Shown here in pieces: positions 1 through 10,159 of a stretch of DNA of 64,000 nt. The notes under the pieces are model-generated. The model saw nothing but the letters and a program-made list of their open reading frames with translations, ran no database searches and had not been told where the DNA came from. The stretch comes from Nitrospirota bacterium. GTDB lineage: Bacteria > Nitrospirota > UBA9217. Where the stretch lies: contig CAVTRN010000002.1 of assembly GCA_963737155.1 (NCBI GenBank), positions 2,304,001 to 2,368,000 on the forward strand, given 5' to 3'. Positions within the stretch are counted from its first letter, which is position 1. Every line of letters starts with the position of its first letter. A program made the position numbers and the translations under genes.

Positions 1-392
1 TTACCTCTGTTCACCACTTTCGTATCCCCTGCTACAACCTTGACGCCCGCTTTTTCAGCTGCAGAGCACATTGAAGAGATGATCTTTTTCAAATCAGCGA
101 GAAGGAATCCTTCTTCTATTATGAAGCCTGCGGAGAGATACAGAGGATTAGCACCCGAAACAGCGAGATCGTTCACCGTCCCGTTTATGGCAAGTTCCCC
201 GATATTACCACCCGGGAAAAAGAGCGGCGTAACTACATAGGAATCAGTAGTATAGGCCAAGCGGCGAGATGGCACGTTCACTATGGCTGAATCACCCGAT
301 CCCTCGATGCCGAAAGCAGAACTGAATTGGGTTTTGATTAGGTCATGCATAAGTCTGCCGCCGCTGCCGTGTCCGAGGAGAATTTTATCCAC
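1..392 (-). CDS. hypE: Hydrogenase maturation protein HypE (5' part; runs off the left edge)
   Basis: Manual translation from GTG at 392 after RBS AAGGAG: VDKILLGHGSGGRLMHDLI...GVKVVAGDTKVVNRG; follows hypD. Absent from the ORF track because it has no stop in the window. Confidence 0.93.
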   Translation of the reverse strand, partial: MDKILLGHGSGGRLMHDLIKTQFSSAFGIEGSGDSAIVNVPSRRLAYTTDSYVVTPLFFPGGNIGELAINGTVNDLAVSGANPLYLSAGFIIEEGFLLADLKKIISSMCSAAEKAGVKVVAGDTKVVNRG

Positions 393-455
393 GCTATGCT
401 CCTTAAAGAAATGATGGTCTCGATAAAGTTGCGCTTTATATTTTTGGCAAATTCA

Positions 456-1517
456 TCACGAATGATTTCCATATTTATAATATGCCGCGCAGCTTCCCTC
501 GGTGCTGACCATGCAGGGGCCAACCGGGTTTTCAGGCGTGCAGCCTGTTCCGAAGAGCGAACACTCCGTCGGGATCTTTACACCTCGGAGAATATCGCCG
601 CAAGAACACAGTTCCGGCTCATTTGCATCCGAAGCGGGAGGATTGAACTTCCTGTTTGCGTCGAACGCGGCATACTGTTCTCGTAGCTTTAGGCCGCTTG
701 CAGTTATCACGCCAATCCCGCGCCAGTATGCGTCGGCAGGTTCAAAATATCGATCGAGAAGCGCGATTGCGCGCGTATTTCCTTCCGGACGTACAACCGT
801 GCGATACTGAATTTCCACGGCCGAACGCTTCTCGGCTATCTGACGTACGATCATCAGTATACCTTCAATTATTTCTTTTGCTTCGAAGCCGGTTATAACC
901 GACGGTTTTTTATACTGCATAGCGACAAATTCGTAAGGCTTCTGTCCAATAATGGTGCTCACATGTCCCGGGAGCAGGAACCCGTCCATTTTGACATCAG
1001 ACGAATCGAGCAATGCTTTTAGCGCAGGCGGCACAAGTTTGAATGCGGCATACACTGAAACATTCCGGATTCCTAACTTTTCAGCTTGCGCAATGCTGGC
1101 GGCGATAAGCGGTGAGGTGGTTTCAAAACCTGTTCCGAAAAAAACAAATTGGCGATGAGGCTCTACCTTCGCAAGCTTCAGCGTATCGAGTGGCGAATAG
1201 AGAACTCGCACATCAGCGCCTTCCGCTCTCGCTTCCAAAAGCGATTCTGTTCCGCCGGGCACACGCATCATGTCGCCGAAGGTCGTCATGGTAACTCCAG
1301 GTATTTTTGCAATAGCGATGGCGGCATCAATATCCCGAACAGATGTTACGCACACCGGGCATCCCGGCCCGCTGAGCAGTGTTATACTCCTCGGGATCAC
1401 GTCACGGATGCCGTGTCTGAAGATTTCAACGGTATGAGTTCCGCAGACTTCCATCAGTTTCAGAGGTCTGTTGATTTCCTTTGTCAGGACCTGCAATTCG
1501 TCCAGCATCTGTTTCAT
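456..1517 (-). CDS. hypD: Hydrogenase maturation protein HypD
   Basis: Motifs MEVCGTHT, GPGCPVC, GFETT, PGHVS and GPCMVSTEGSC. Confidence 0.97.
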   Translation of the reverse strand: MKQMLDELQVLTKEINRPLKLMEVCGTHTVEIFRHGIRDVIPRSITLLSGPGCPVCVTSVRDIDAAIAIAKIPGVTMTTFGDMMRVPGGTESLLEARAEGADVRVLYSPLDTLKLAKVEPHRQFVFFGTGFETTSPLIAASIAQAEKLGIRNVSVYAAFKLVPPALKALLDSSDVKMDGFLLPGHVSTIIGQKPYEFVAMQYKKPSVITGFEAKEIIEGILMIVRQIAEKRSAVEIQYRTVVRPEGNTRAIALLDRYFEPADAYWRGIGVITASGLKLREQYAAFDANRKFNPPASDANEPELCSCGDILRGVKIPTECSLFGTGCTPENPVGPCMVSTEGSCAAYYKYGNHS

Positions 1518-3979
1518 ATCCCGCGCTCCCTATACTCCACTCGAGCTTGCTTCAGTCGTTCTCGCACAAGGTAGGCCTGTCCCAGTGAAATGCACGCATC
1601 ATTACAGGGTACTTTGCTGTTCATATACACATTCAATCCCTCGCCGGAAAGAGCGGTCGTAACTCCATTCAGGAGATACCTGTTCTGGAACGTTCCACCG
1701 CTCAGGGCGATATCTCCGATACCGAAGTGCCCAGCTATCTGTTTTGCCATCGTCACAATCGCCGCGACGACGGTATTGTGAAACTTTGCAGCAATAGTTT
1801 CCCTCGGAATTCGGTGCAGTTCGCGAGCAATGGCCAGTATCGCCGGTGAAAAATCCAAGATAGTATACCCATTTTCCTGCGTGAACTCAATGGGATACTC
1901 TTCGGAAACCCCCTCTTGAGCGCAGGCTTCCAAGGCCATGGCGGCCTCACCTTCGAAGGTGTTCTGATCGCAAATACCGATCAAAGCGGATACGGCATCG
2001 AACAATCTGCCTGCTCCGGACGAGAGCGGTGAGAATTCGCGGGATCGGGCAATAATCCCGACATTTACGATGTTATTTTTGCCATACTTTTCGACAAATC
2101 CACATGTCTCGAGAAGATTCCAGGCGTCAGTACGGGCAGAGTTCATAATGAAGCTGACTGCTGTCTTCCAAGGTTCACGTATGGCAGTCTCTCCGCCGGG
2201 AAGCGGAATATAGCCCAGATGTCCCACCCGTTGAAAACCGTTGATATCTGCAATGATAAATTCCCCACCCCACAGATGTCCATCAGTGCCGTAACCCGTT
2301 CCGTCGAAGGCAACACCGATAATCCTGTGCTTCAATCCATGTTCGGCCATAACCGATCCAATGTGCGCATAGTGATGCTGGAGGCCAACGGTCGTCAATT
2401 CCTTTCCCAGCCCCTGCCCTCCTGCCCTTGTCCCATATTCCTTCGCCCATCGCGTCGACAGATACTCCGGATGCAGATCGTGAACGATTGCCTGCGGCTC
2501 AGCCCGATAAACCTTCTTGAGATTCGTAAGGATTGTTTCGAAGAATTTCATGGTTTCATAATTTTCCATATCGCCGATATGCTGGCTGGGAATAGCAAAC
2601 CTGCCTTTTGTCAGGGTAAAGGTATTCTTGAGATCGGCACCGCATCCGAGCACTTCTGGGCCTTCATCGTGCAGCATGATCGGATCAGGAGCGTATCCTC
2701 GCGAACGGCGGATAAATATCAGATCGGAGTTCACAGTTCTTGGTTCAGAATTGTAACTATTTCTCTGTTCCTTATATGAACAATCGTCCTTGTGCGCACT
2801 CCGAACTCTTAACTCTGAACTTTTTACTTTTATGACCGAGTCATCTACACGCATAAAAATATCGCGATTATGTAAGAGGAAACCATCCGCAATGTCCGCA
2901 AGTTTCACAAGAGCCTCTTCGTTGTCATGGATGATCGGCTCTTCCGAGATGTTTCCGCTCGTCATGACCAGTGCATCGAAATGAGCATCCACAACCGACG
3001 TTTTCTCATCCAGGGGGTGATGGAACAGGAGATAATGAAGCGGAGTATAGGGCAACAGAAAGCCAACATCCCTGTTGTTCGGAGACACCGCACTCGGCAG
3101 TGAGCATTTGTCCAGCTTTTGCAGCAGCACAATCGGGCGCCTGCTCGACGCCACCGCATCACGTTCAGCTCTGGAAACGATGCAAAATTTCTCTATCCTT
3201 TCGACATCGGGGGACATTACGGCAAAGGGTTTGTTGCTCTTCCTTTTTTTTTCACGCAATCTTCCGACTGCGACGTCATTCAAAGCATCGCAGGCAATGT
3301 GGAATCCCCCGACCCCCTTGACCGCGACGATCCCGCCCTGCCGGAGGACATGAATAGCTTTCTGAATAGCATGTGCGTTCTCATTTACTCTGAATTTTTT
3401 ATTCTGTTCTTTGTACTCGACACAAGGCCCGCAGGTTGCGCACGCATTCGGCTGTGCGTGAAACCGGCGATTCCTCGGTTCTTCATATTCCTTTCGGCAT
3501 GATCCACACATGATGAAACCAGCCATGGTCGTGTTCGGCCTGTCGTAAGGGATTGACCGCGTGATGGAATATCGTGGCCCGCAGTTCGTACAGTTGATGA
3601 AAGGATAGAGATACCTTCGGTTGGCGGGATCGAGCATTTCTTGAAGGCAATCAGGGCAGATCGAGACATCAGGTGACACCAGGGTAAAGGGCAAACCCTG
3701 TGCATGATCAAGACTCTGACGTATGACGAATTCACGGTAACCGTGGAAGGGGAAAGATGTTACTGTGAACTCGGTGATTTGCGAAAGCGGCGGAGCTTCT
3801 CTTCTCAGCCGTTCGATAAACTCGGGCAGACGCGTTCCCTCTACGTCGATAAACACTCCTTCGCACGTATTGGTCACATACCCCTTCAAGTCCAAAGATT
3901 CGGCAAGGTTGAAGATGTAAGGACGAAAACCAACGCCCTGGACAATGCCCTTGACTATGATTTGAGCCCGCGTAACCAT
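1514..3979 (-). CDS. hypF: Carbamoyltransferase HypF
   Basis: Acylphosphatase GIVQGVGFRP, two CxxC zinc fingers, YrdC and Kae1-like domains (QHHYAH, DGTGYG); ATG at 3979 chosen as start. Confidence 0.97.
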   Translation of the reverse strand: MVTRAQIIVKGIVQGVGFRPYIFNLAESLDLKGYVTNTCEGVFIDVEGTRLPEFIERLRREAPPLSQITEFTVTSFPFHGYREFVIRQSLDHAQGLPFTLVSPDVSICPDCLQEMLDPANRRYLYPFINCTNCGPRYSITRSIPYDRPNTTMAGFIMCGSCRKEYEEPRNRRFHAQPNACATCGPCVEYKEQNKKFRVNENAHAIQKAIHVLRQGGIVAVKGVGGFHIACDALNDVAVGRLREKKRKSNKPFAVMSPDVERIEKFCIVSRAERDAVASSRRPIVLLQKLDKCSLPSAVSPNNRDVGFLLPYTPLHYLLFHHPLDEKTSVVDAHFDALVMTSGNISEEPIIHDNEEALVKLADIADGFLLHNRDIFMRVDDSVIKVKSSELRVRSAHKDDCSYKEQRNSYNSEPRTVNSDLIFIRRSRGYAPDPIMLHDEGPEVLGCGADLKNTFTLTKGRFAIPSQHIGDMENYETMKFFETILTNLKKVYRAEPQAIVHDLHPEYLSTRWAKEYGTRAGGQGLGKELTTVGLQHHYAHIGSVMAEHGLKHRIIGVAFDGTGYGTDGHLWGGEFIIADINGFQRVGHLGYIPLPGGETAIREPWKTAVSFIMNSARTDAWNLLETCGFVEKYGKNNIVNVGIIARSREFSPLSSGAGRLFDAVSALIGICDQNTFEGEAAMALEACAQEGVSEEYPIEFTQENGYTILDFSPAILAIARELHRIPRETIAAKFHNTVVAAIVTMAKQIAGHFGIGDIALSGGTFQNRYLLNGVTTALSGEGLNVYMNSKVPCNDACISLGQAYLVRERLKQARVEYRERGI
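2725..2824. repeat. Inverted heptamer tandem-repeat element inserted in-frame in hypF
   Basis: CGGAGTT CACAGTT CTTGGTT CAGAATT (2725-2752) facing CACTCCG AACTCTT AACTCTG AACTTTT (2797-2824). Confidence 0.75.
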
Positions 3980-4599
3980 TGAGCCCACGCGTCGATCCCC
4001 AAGCCTGTGGCGCAGGAGACTTCGAATATCTTTAGATTAGGATTGAGGGCAAGCGAATCATTCCGGACCTTGTTCATGTCCGTGTTCATGTAGGGTAGAA
4101 GATCTATCTTGTTCAACACCAGGGCTGAGGACTCGCGGAACATGAGGGGGTATTTTAGTGGTTTGTCGTGCCCTTCTGCGATGGAGAGCACCATCATTTT
4201 CATATCCTCTCCGACCTTGAACTCGGCCGGGCAGACCAAATTCCCGACATTTTCGATAATCAGCATGTCTAGGTCCCTGAGCGGCAGTTCATCGAGCACT
4301 TCATTTATCATGTTCGCGTCCAGATGGCAGGCTCCGCCGGTGTTTATCTGAACCACTGGCACTTCAAGCGCTCCAATCCGTTCTGCGTCATCGAATTCGA
4401 CGATATCACCTTCAATCACCCCGATTTTCAGATAAGGTTTGATCGCCTGAATCGTCCGTTCGAGAAGAGTCGTCTTCCCCGCTCCCGGAGCACCCATGAG
4501 ATTGACCACATAGACGCCGGCATTGTGGAATCTCCTGCGGTTTTCTTCCGCGATCCTATCGTTAGCTTCTAGTATACGGGTGACGACCTTTACCTTCAT
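3955..4599 (-). CDS. hypB: Hydrogenase nickel-insertion GTPase HypB
   Basis: P-loop GAPGAGKT, GACHLDA, ENVGNLVCPA, NKID. Confidence 0.97.
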   Translation of the reverse strand: MKVKVVTRILEANDRIAEENRRRFHNAGVYVVNLMGAPGAGKTTLLERTIQAIKPYLKIGVIEGDIVEFDDAERIGALEVPVVQINTGGACHLDANMINEVLDELPLRDLDMLIIENVGNLVCPAEFKVGEDMKMMVLSIAEGHDKPLKYPLMFRESSALVLNKIDLLPYMNTDMNKVRNDSLALNPNLKIFEVSCATGLGIDAWAQWLRGLKS

Positions 4600-5138
4600 T
4601 CATTTATCTCCATATCGACGATTTCCATTTCCCGTCCACTTTTCATTTCAATAAATTGGGATCCACAAAGCGGGCAGGAAAAAAAGAACCCGGCATTATC
4701 CACGGTAAAATTTTTTTTGCACTCGGAGCACACGCCGCTTATAGGAACTGGTTCTATGACCAGTTGGGCATTTTCAGCCACCGTATTTGTCTTCGATGCA
4801 TCGAATGCAAACTTGAGCGCCTCGGGCATGACACCGGCCGCTTTTCCGATACGCAGCCTCACAGAATCGACCCGATGACCACCTGCCTCGCGGCATTTTT
4901 CCACGACAATATCGAGAATACCCAGAGCAAGAGCTGTTTCATGCATGGCATTTCCTGATTCAACGATGTCCTTTTCGATCTTTTGTATTGCAAATCCGGC
5001 ATGGACAAGGACATAGTCCCCCACCCGTGGTTCTTCAGGCATGAGCATGAGGTTTACTTCTTTCCTCGCTCCGAATACGTCTATTATTGCAGACAAATTA
5101 TCTATGCTGATGATTCTCGAGGGGATTGCGAGACACAT
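4596..5138 (-). CDS. hypC-hypA: HypC-HypA fusion protein
   Basis: N-terminal MCLAIP...VGDYVLVHAGFAI (HypC) reads in-frame into MHE...CSEC...CPLC (HypA, Met at 4946). Confidence 0.9.
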   Translation of the reverse strand: MCLAIPSRIISIDNLSAIIDVFGARKEVNLMLMPEEPRVGDYVLVHAGFAIQKIEKDIVESGNAMHETALALGILDIVVEKCREAGGHRVDSVRLRIGKAAGVMPEALKFAFDASKTNTVAENAQLVIEPVPISGVCSECKKNFTVDNAGFFFSCPLCGSQFIEMKSGREMEIVDMEINE

Positions 5139-5277
5139 AGAAAAATCCGATCACTACAAGAGAATTGACTGCCGATGTTACTGACACCATTTATCGCACA
5201 TCTCGTCTGTCCTGTCAAGCGCCTGCAGGACATCGTCCGGGCGGCTGCCGTGACAAGCCAAGCATAACTGACCACCG

Positions 5278-5784
5278 TCAGATAGCCTTCAGCTTTTTCA
5301 ATTCCTCGAAAATCAGATCTTTCACCTTCGGGATAACCGCTTTCAATTCATCGCTCAATTCGAGTGACCATGAGGTGACATCCTTTGGTTGAACGCCTAT
5401 GATGACCGTTTTCGGCTTCCTCCCGGTCAATTCGGCCATTTGAAGAACGTCGATGATACTAATCTGATGAAGGGAAACCTGCTGCTCTACAGCGAACTTC
5501 ATGTCGTCGGGTGAGAAACGAAACAGAGAACCAGGAGTGTCATTAGCCTCAACAACATCAATAATGATAAGGTTATCGACCTCATGGAGCAACGGGATCA
5601 ATTGATGACTGACCGTGCCCGCTTCCATCACTTTTACGTTTTCTGGAAAAGCTGTATCTTGAAGGGCGTTTATCAGATGGACGCCGAAACCATCGTCCTT
5701 GAGCAGGAGATTACCGACACCGAGTATGAGAACTTCCTGGGGAGGCGCCGAAACGCCTCCCCGGATCTGATCATCTAATATCAT
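5278..5784 (-). CDS. [NiFe]-hydrogenase maturation endopeptidase (HyaD/HybD family)
   Basis: LGVGNLLLKDDGFG, IIIDV and SLHQ motifs; lies within the hydrogenase operon. Confidence 0.93.
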   Translation of the reverse strand: MILDDQIRGGVSAPPQEVLILGVGNLLLKDDGFGVHLINALQDTAFPENVKVMEAGTVSHQLIPLLHEVDNLIIIDVVEANDTPGSLFRFSPDDMKFAVEQQVSLHQISIIDVLQMAELTGRKPKTVIIGVQPKDVTSWSLELSDELKAVIPKVKDLIFEELKKLKAI

Positions 5785-5785
5785 C

Positions 5786-6427
5786 TTAATGTTTTTTGAG
5801 TTTGTATCCCGTAAAGATGGACGTAAGTGAATGATCCTTGTTAATCATGGTGATCATGATGCTCATGTACACGTGGATCAGCACGAAGATGACGAAGAAC
5901 CACATGACGAGGATATGCCAGATCCTGGTATAGGATTCTCCCCCGAGCATATTACTCACCCACAGGAAACTGTTCGGCGTCTTGATGAACCCGAAGAGAT
6001 GGCCGTGGTATAACGCTGCCCCGGTCAGTGCCTCGAAGATGATTGCGAGGCCAACCACGATGTAGGCTAAAGCTTGGAGCGGGTTATATTTTCGGTAATC
6101 CTTATGCGAGCCTTTCATGAAGAGATAATAGCCAAGGATATCTGGGACATTCTTCAGGTTCTCAATGACCGAGAAGTCCTTCCAGTCGGCATCAAAAGTC
6201 GATCGGAAAGCCATATAAATCCTCACAATGAGCCCCAAGATGAGCGCATAAGCCGCCACAAAATGGGCAAAACGCACCGATGCCATGATCATACTACCCG
6301 GCCCGCCGGATATGAACGGCCAGTGGATATAGATGCCGGTGAAGACGAGCACTGCGATCGCAATGACCCTGATCCAGTGGTCCAGAATGTAGCCGAAGCT
6401 CCACTCCTTTATCATTTCATTTCCCAT
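5786..6427 (-). CDS. Ni/Fe-hydrogenase b-type cytochrome subunit
   Basis: Four hydrophobic segments with His ligands (DHW, AHF, WHI, IHVY) and YNPLQ. Confidence 0.92.
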   Translation of the reverse strand: MGNEMIKEWSFGYILDHWIRVIAIAVLVFTGIYIHWPFISGGPGSMIMASVRFAHFVAAYALILGLIVRIYMAFRSTFDADWKDFSVIENLKNVPDILGYYLFMKGSHKDYRKYNPLQALAYIVVGLAIIFEALTGAALYHGHLFGFIKTPNSFLWVSNMLGGESYTRIWHILVMWFFVIFVLIHVYMSIMITMINKDHSLTSIFTGYKLKKH

Positions 6428-6437
6428 AGTGTCCTCC

Positions 6438-8030
6438 CTATACGACCTTGAAGTCCATGATACGGTTCGACTCTGGATGAATCACATGCACCGTACAGGC
6501 AAGGCACGGATCAAAGGAATGGACTACGCGCAGAACCTCAAGCGGTTTCTCGGCGTTCTCCACCGCCGTACCAATAAGAGCATCCTCGATCGGTCCGCGC
6601 ACCCCGTTGTCATCTCTCGGGCTGACATTCCAAGTTGTTGGCACAACACACTGATAGTTCTTGATCCTTTTCCCCTCTACTTCTATCCAGTGGCCTAGAG
6701 CACCGCGCGGGGCCTCCCACAATCCTATTCCCTGTGCCGTATCAGGGATTTCGTAATCAGCGTACACTGCAGTATTCCCGCTCTTGATGTTCTCGATGAG
6801 GGTGAGTCCCCACTGTTGCATGGCATCCGCCACCATCTTGCATTCCAAGGTGCGCCCGGCAATTCTGCCGATTATACCAAAGAGCACTTCCGGATGCCCC
6901 GCGTGTCCGATTTTTGCAAGGGTATCGTCAATGAGTTTTGTGGCCGTGGGCTGCCCGGAGGCATAGGCTACGACCATCCTGGCAAGGGCGCCCACTTCCA
7001 TTGGTTTGCCCTGAAGCCGTGGCGCTTTCCCCCAGCTGTATTTCTTGTCGGAATCGTAACCAGTGAACACAGGAGCCGTCTCACCCATAGCGGGATTAAG
7101 CGGTTTTGAATCCTTATACCAGCTGTGCGCCGTAGACTCCGTGACGTCTTCCGGCTTCGCATCATGGACTTTGGGGAAATCGTCAGCGAAGATCGCTCCC
7201 CTAGGCAGCATCCGCTTTTTGGGGTCGAAGGACGCATCCTCGAACACGCCCCATGAAAGGAAATTGGCATATCCTTTGCCCACACCTGCAGCACCTAGAT
7301 AGTATGGCGCAATGGCAAGCAAGTCAGTGATAAATACATTGTCGATCCAGTCCTGAAGCTCTTTCACCCTAAAGAGATAGTTCTTAAGGTCATCGACCGA
7401 CGGGACATGCGTCACACCGCCAGGAGGGCTTGTCATAGTCATCGGCATTCTGCCGCCGAAAAGGGCGCTCACTGAGGCAGCCTTTGCCTGCATCTCAAGA
7501 GCTTCCAGGTAATGAGCCACTGCCAATAGGTTCACATCCGGCGGAAGTTTGTACGCCGGGTGCCCCCAATATCCATTTGCAAATGGTCCAAGCTGTCCAG
7601 ACTCGACAAACGCTTTCAATTTCCCTTGCACCTTCTTAAGAGATGGCTCCTTCGGCTGGGCCTTGAGCGCCGACACCACATCAACATAGTCAAGGGCATT
7701 CAAATGATAGAACCAGAGGATGTGGGAGTGAACAAACTGGGCACCTTCAATTATATTTCTGATGATACGACCATTGTCTGGCGGTCTTACCTTGAATGCA
7801 TCGTCCATGCTCATGGAAGAGGTATGACCGTGTGATGTAGGACATACGCCACAGATGCGCTGGGTAATATGCCACGCGTCACGCGGGTCCCGTCCCTGCA
7901 GGATGATTTCAAAACCGCGGAACAGAGTGCCCGTTGTCCAAGCGTCTTTAACCTTGCCGCCCTCGATCTCCACATCAATTCTAAGGTGGCCCTCAATTCT
8001 CGTCATTGGATCAATGGTTATCCTGGCCAT
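6438..8030 (-). CDS. Group 1 [NiFe]-hydrogenase large subunit
   Basis: RIEGH, L1 QRICGVCPTSH, EAPRGALGHW, L2 SFDPCLACTVH followed by a cleavable C-terminal tail. Confidence 0.97.
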   Translation of the reverse strand: MARITIDPMTRIEGHLRIDVEIEGGKVKDAWTTGTLFRGFEIILQGRDPRDAWHITQRICGVCPTSHGHTSSMSMDDAFKVRPPDNGRIIRNIIEGAQFVHSHILWFYHLNALDYVDVVSALKAQPKEPSLKKVQGKLKAFVESGQLGPFANGYWGHPAYKLPPDVNLLAVAHYLEALEMQAKAASVSALFGGRMPMTMTSPPGGVTHVPSVDDLKNYLFRVKELQDWIDNVFITDLLAIAPYYLGAAGVGKGYANFLSWGVFEDASFDPKKRMLPRGAIFADDFPKVHDAKPEDVTESTAHSWYKDSKPLNPAMGETAPVFTGYDSDKKYSWGKAPRLQGKPMEVGALARMVVAYASGQPTATKLIDDTLAKIGHAGHPEVLFGIIGRIAGRTLECKMVADAMQQWGLTLIENIKSGNTAVYADYEIPDTAQGIGLWEAPRGALGHWIEVEGKRIKNYQCVVPTTWNVSPRDDNGVRGPIEDALIGTAVENAEKPLEVLRVVHSFDPCLACTVHVIHPESNRIMDFKVV

Positions 8031-9136
8031 TATTTTTTTCCTCCGTCGTCTTTAGTTCTGCCGGAAGCAGCTGTTGCCGCAGCATGAATCGCGATACCGG
8101 CCACCGTGGCTACCGCAGCTACTGCGCCGATCTTGTCAGCGCCGGCCTCCACCCCGCCGAGACCCGGAATTTTCACGCCAGGCAGCGGTTCATAGAATCC
8201 TGCAAACTTGTCCGTCCATTCCCTTTCGGCGCAGCCTATACACGGTCCGCCAGCTTTAATACACCAGCTGGTCCGGTCATTGTATTGAATCTTGGGGCAT
8301 GCCGAATAGGTCATCGGTCCTTTGCAGCCCATCTTATATAAGCAATATCCCAAGGCCTCTTCGTTTGAACCGAATCTCTCAACATATCTGCCTGCGTCAA
8401 AATGGGCCCTGCGTTCGCAATTATCATGGATGGTTTGACCGTAGAACATTTTCGGTCTGCCTAAACCGTCGAGTTCAGGCAATTTCCCGAGAAGCAGGTA
8501 GTTGACCACAACCCCGACGAGGTATTGTGGGTTCACTGGACAAAGATCGAGATTGACCAGTGGCTTACTGATACCAACCCTCTGCATGGCCTCTTGCGTG
8601 CCGATAATCTGGGCAGGATTCGGTTTCGCGGCAGGCACCCCTCCGTAGGTGGCGCAGCTTCCGATGGCAAGAATGGCTACGCAGGGACCGGCCATTTCCT
8701 TAAACACATCGAGCATTTCCTTGTTGCCGATCATGCCAAAGCCTTTGTTCGTCGGGATGCCGCCCTCCACTATAAGGATATAACCGCCGGTTTTTGCGGA
8801 ATTGGCAAGTATTTCTTCCGCTTGTTTACCGGCTGCGGCCATGATCGTTTCATTGTAATCGACACTGAGAATATCAAGTATAACTTGTGCGGGGTCCGGA
8901 TAAGTGGCTTTAATGAAAGCTTCGGTACAACCGGAATCTGATGCGAAGTTGAGCCAGACGACAGGTGTTCGTTTTGTGGCTTTTTCCAAGGCGGCAGCGA
9001 TTTTGGGACCGAATGATTCAGAGAGACCAAGAAGAACAGCAGTTGCACCACAGTACTTTAAAAAATCTCTTCGTTTTATTCCACGAAATTCCAGCGAATC
9101 TAGAAACTGCTTACTTACTTCTTCTTTCTTACTCAT
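8030..9136 (-). CDS. Group 1 [NiFe]-hydrogenase small subunit (Tat-exported, C-terminal membrane anchor)
   Basis: Tat motif KRRDFLK; Fe-S motifs GSCA, CP, IHDNC, CLYKMGCKGP, CIGC; ATG at 9136 after RBS AAGGAGG. Confidence 0.96.
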   Translation of the reverse strand: MSKKEEVSKQFLDSLEFRGIKRRDFLKYCGATAVLLGLSESFGPKIAAALEKATKRTPVVWLNFASDSGCTEAFIKATYPDPAQVILDILSVDYNETIMAAAGKQAEEILANSAKTGGYILIVEGGIPTNKGFGMIGNKEMLDVFKEMAGPCVAILAIGSCATYGGVPAAKPNPAQIIGTQEAMQRVGISKPLVNLDLCPVNPQYLVGVVVNYLLLGKLPELDGLGRPKMFYGQTIHDNCERRAHFDAGRYVERFGSNEEALGYCLYKMGCKGPMTYSACPKIQYNDRTSWCIKAGGPCIGCAEREWTDKFAGFYEPLPGVKIPGLGGVEAGADKIGAVAAVATVAGIAIHAAATAASGRTKDDGGKK

Positions 9137-9259
9137 AAGCGTCCTCCTTAGAATTTGGTTCAAAAAAATATAACTATTTTTTTGTGGATTAGCCGGAGTG
9201 GACAGAAGAAAAAAGTGAACCCGCTCTCAAATTGTTACCGGTAGTTATAACTTAAAGGA

Positions 9260-9288
9260 AGGTTAGCATAGCCCATTCTATTTGTCAA
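9260..9288 (-). promoter_or_regulatory. Putative sigma70 promoter of the hydrogenase operon
   Basis: Minus strand TTGACA-17 nt-TAACCT with extended -10 TG. Confidence 0.55.
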
Positions 9289-10159
9289 ATTTATATAAAT
9301 ATAAAATAATATTTCTGCCTCAAGGAAATACAGCGTGGCGCCAAATTATTTATGATTGTAAATCGATTTTTTATAAGCTTCCGTTGAATGGCGCAACGAC
9401 ATATTAGCCTTTATTTTTCAATGACTTACAAAGTTCACTTCATTTCGCTAGCAATGACCGCACAAAAAAAGTTATAGAGCTCGTCACAGATAGTTCCGTG
9501 GCAAGAACCATGTTTTTTTTAAAATACTTCATGAACTATATGAAATTATGTTGGAACGGATCGCGACTGGGCAATTACGGTCGCATCAATCCTGGGGGGT
9601 GGCGCAGCGAAGGTAAGATCGCAGCATTCGGATGCGCTCATGTTACTTATCATGGCAGATGGTGGTGGTAGCATTGTCTCTTCGGTTGCAGCTTTGCAAA
9701 TTGGGGTTGATTAAGTTTGCGGATGAAATAGGCTCGTCTATTTCCGTAAGTCATTTTCGCCTGGCACCAGTAAATGGAACAAAATTGAAGCTCACTAATT
9801 ATCGTTCATCTCCTCGAATGGGCGCTACGCGGAGCCGCTTCGGATTACGATACTATTGTTAATATGATTTCTCGCACAGCGACTTTTATATCCACAATGG
9901 TCGTGAGGGAATTTAGGGACAACAGAGAAGGCAATGATTGCGAAAACTGCCGGAACCAATAGCTCCGTCCACGGCCGTTCAGCCGCATCGTCAAGATGAT
10001 CACGTACAAGACTCAAAAGCATGCACATTATGAAAATAGCGGATAAAACAAGAGACATACTTGTTGCATGTGCACAATAAGACAAAACCCAGTCGTGCAC
10101 ATACTGGCTCTAAAGTTTGCAAACAATGCGGCGAAGAAATCATTTCCTACGTGAACAGC

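Noticed and set aside
6480-6515. Selenocysteine ([NiFeSe]) hydrogenase
   Set aside because: The L2 motif is encoded with Cys codons (DPCLAC); there is no in-frame TGA.
9632-10100. Short ORFs 9632-9862 and 9825-10100
   Set aside because: No RBS or motif; the latter may be a continuation of the eroded duplicated segment.
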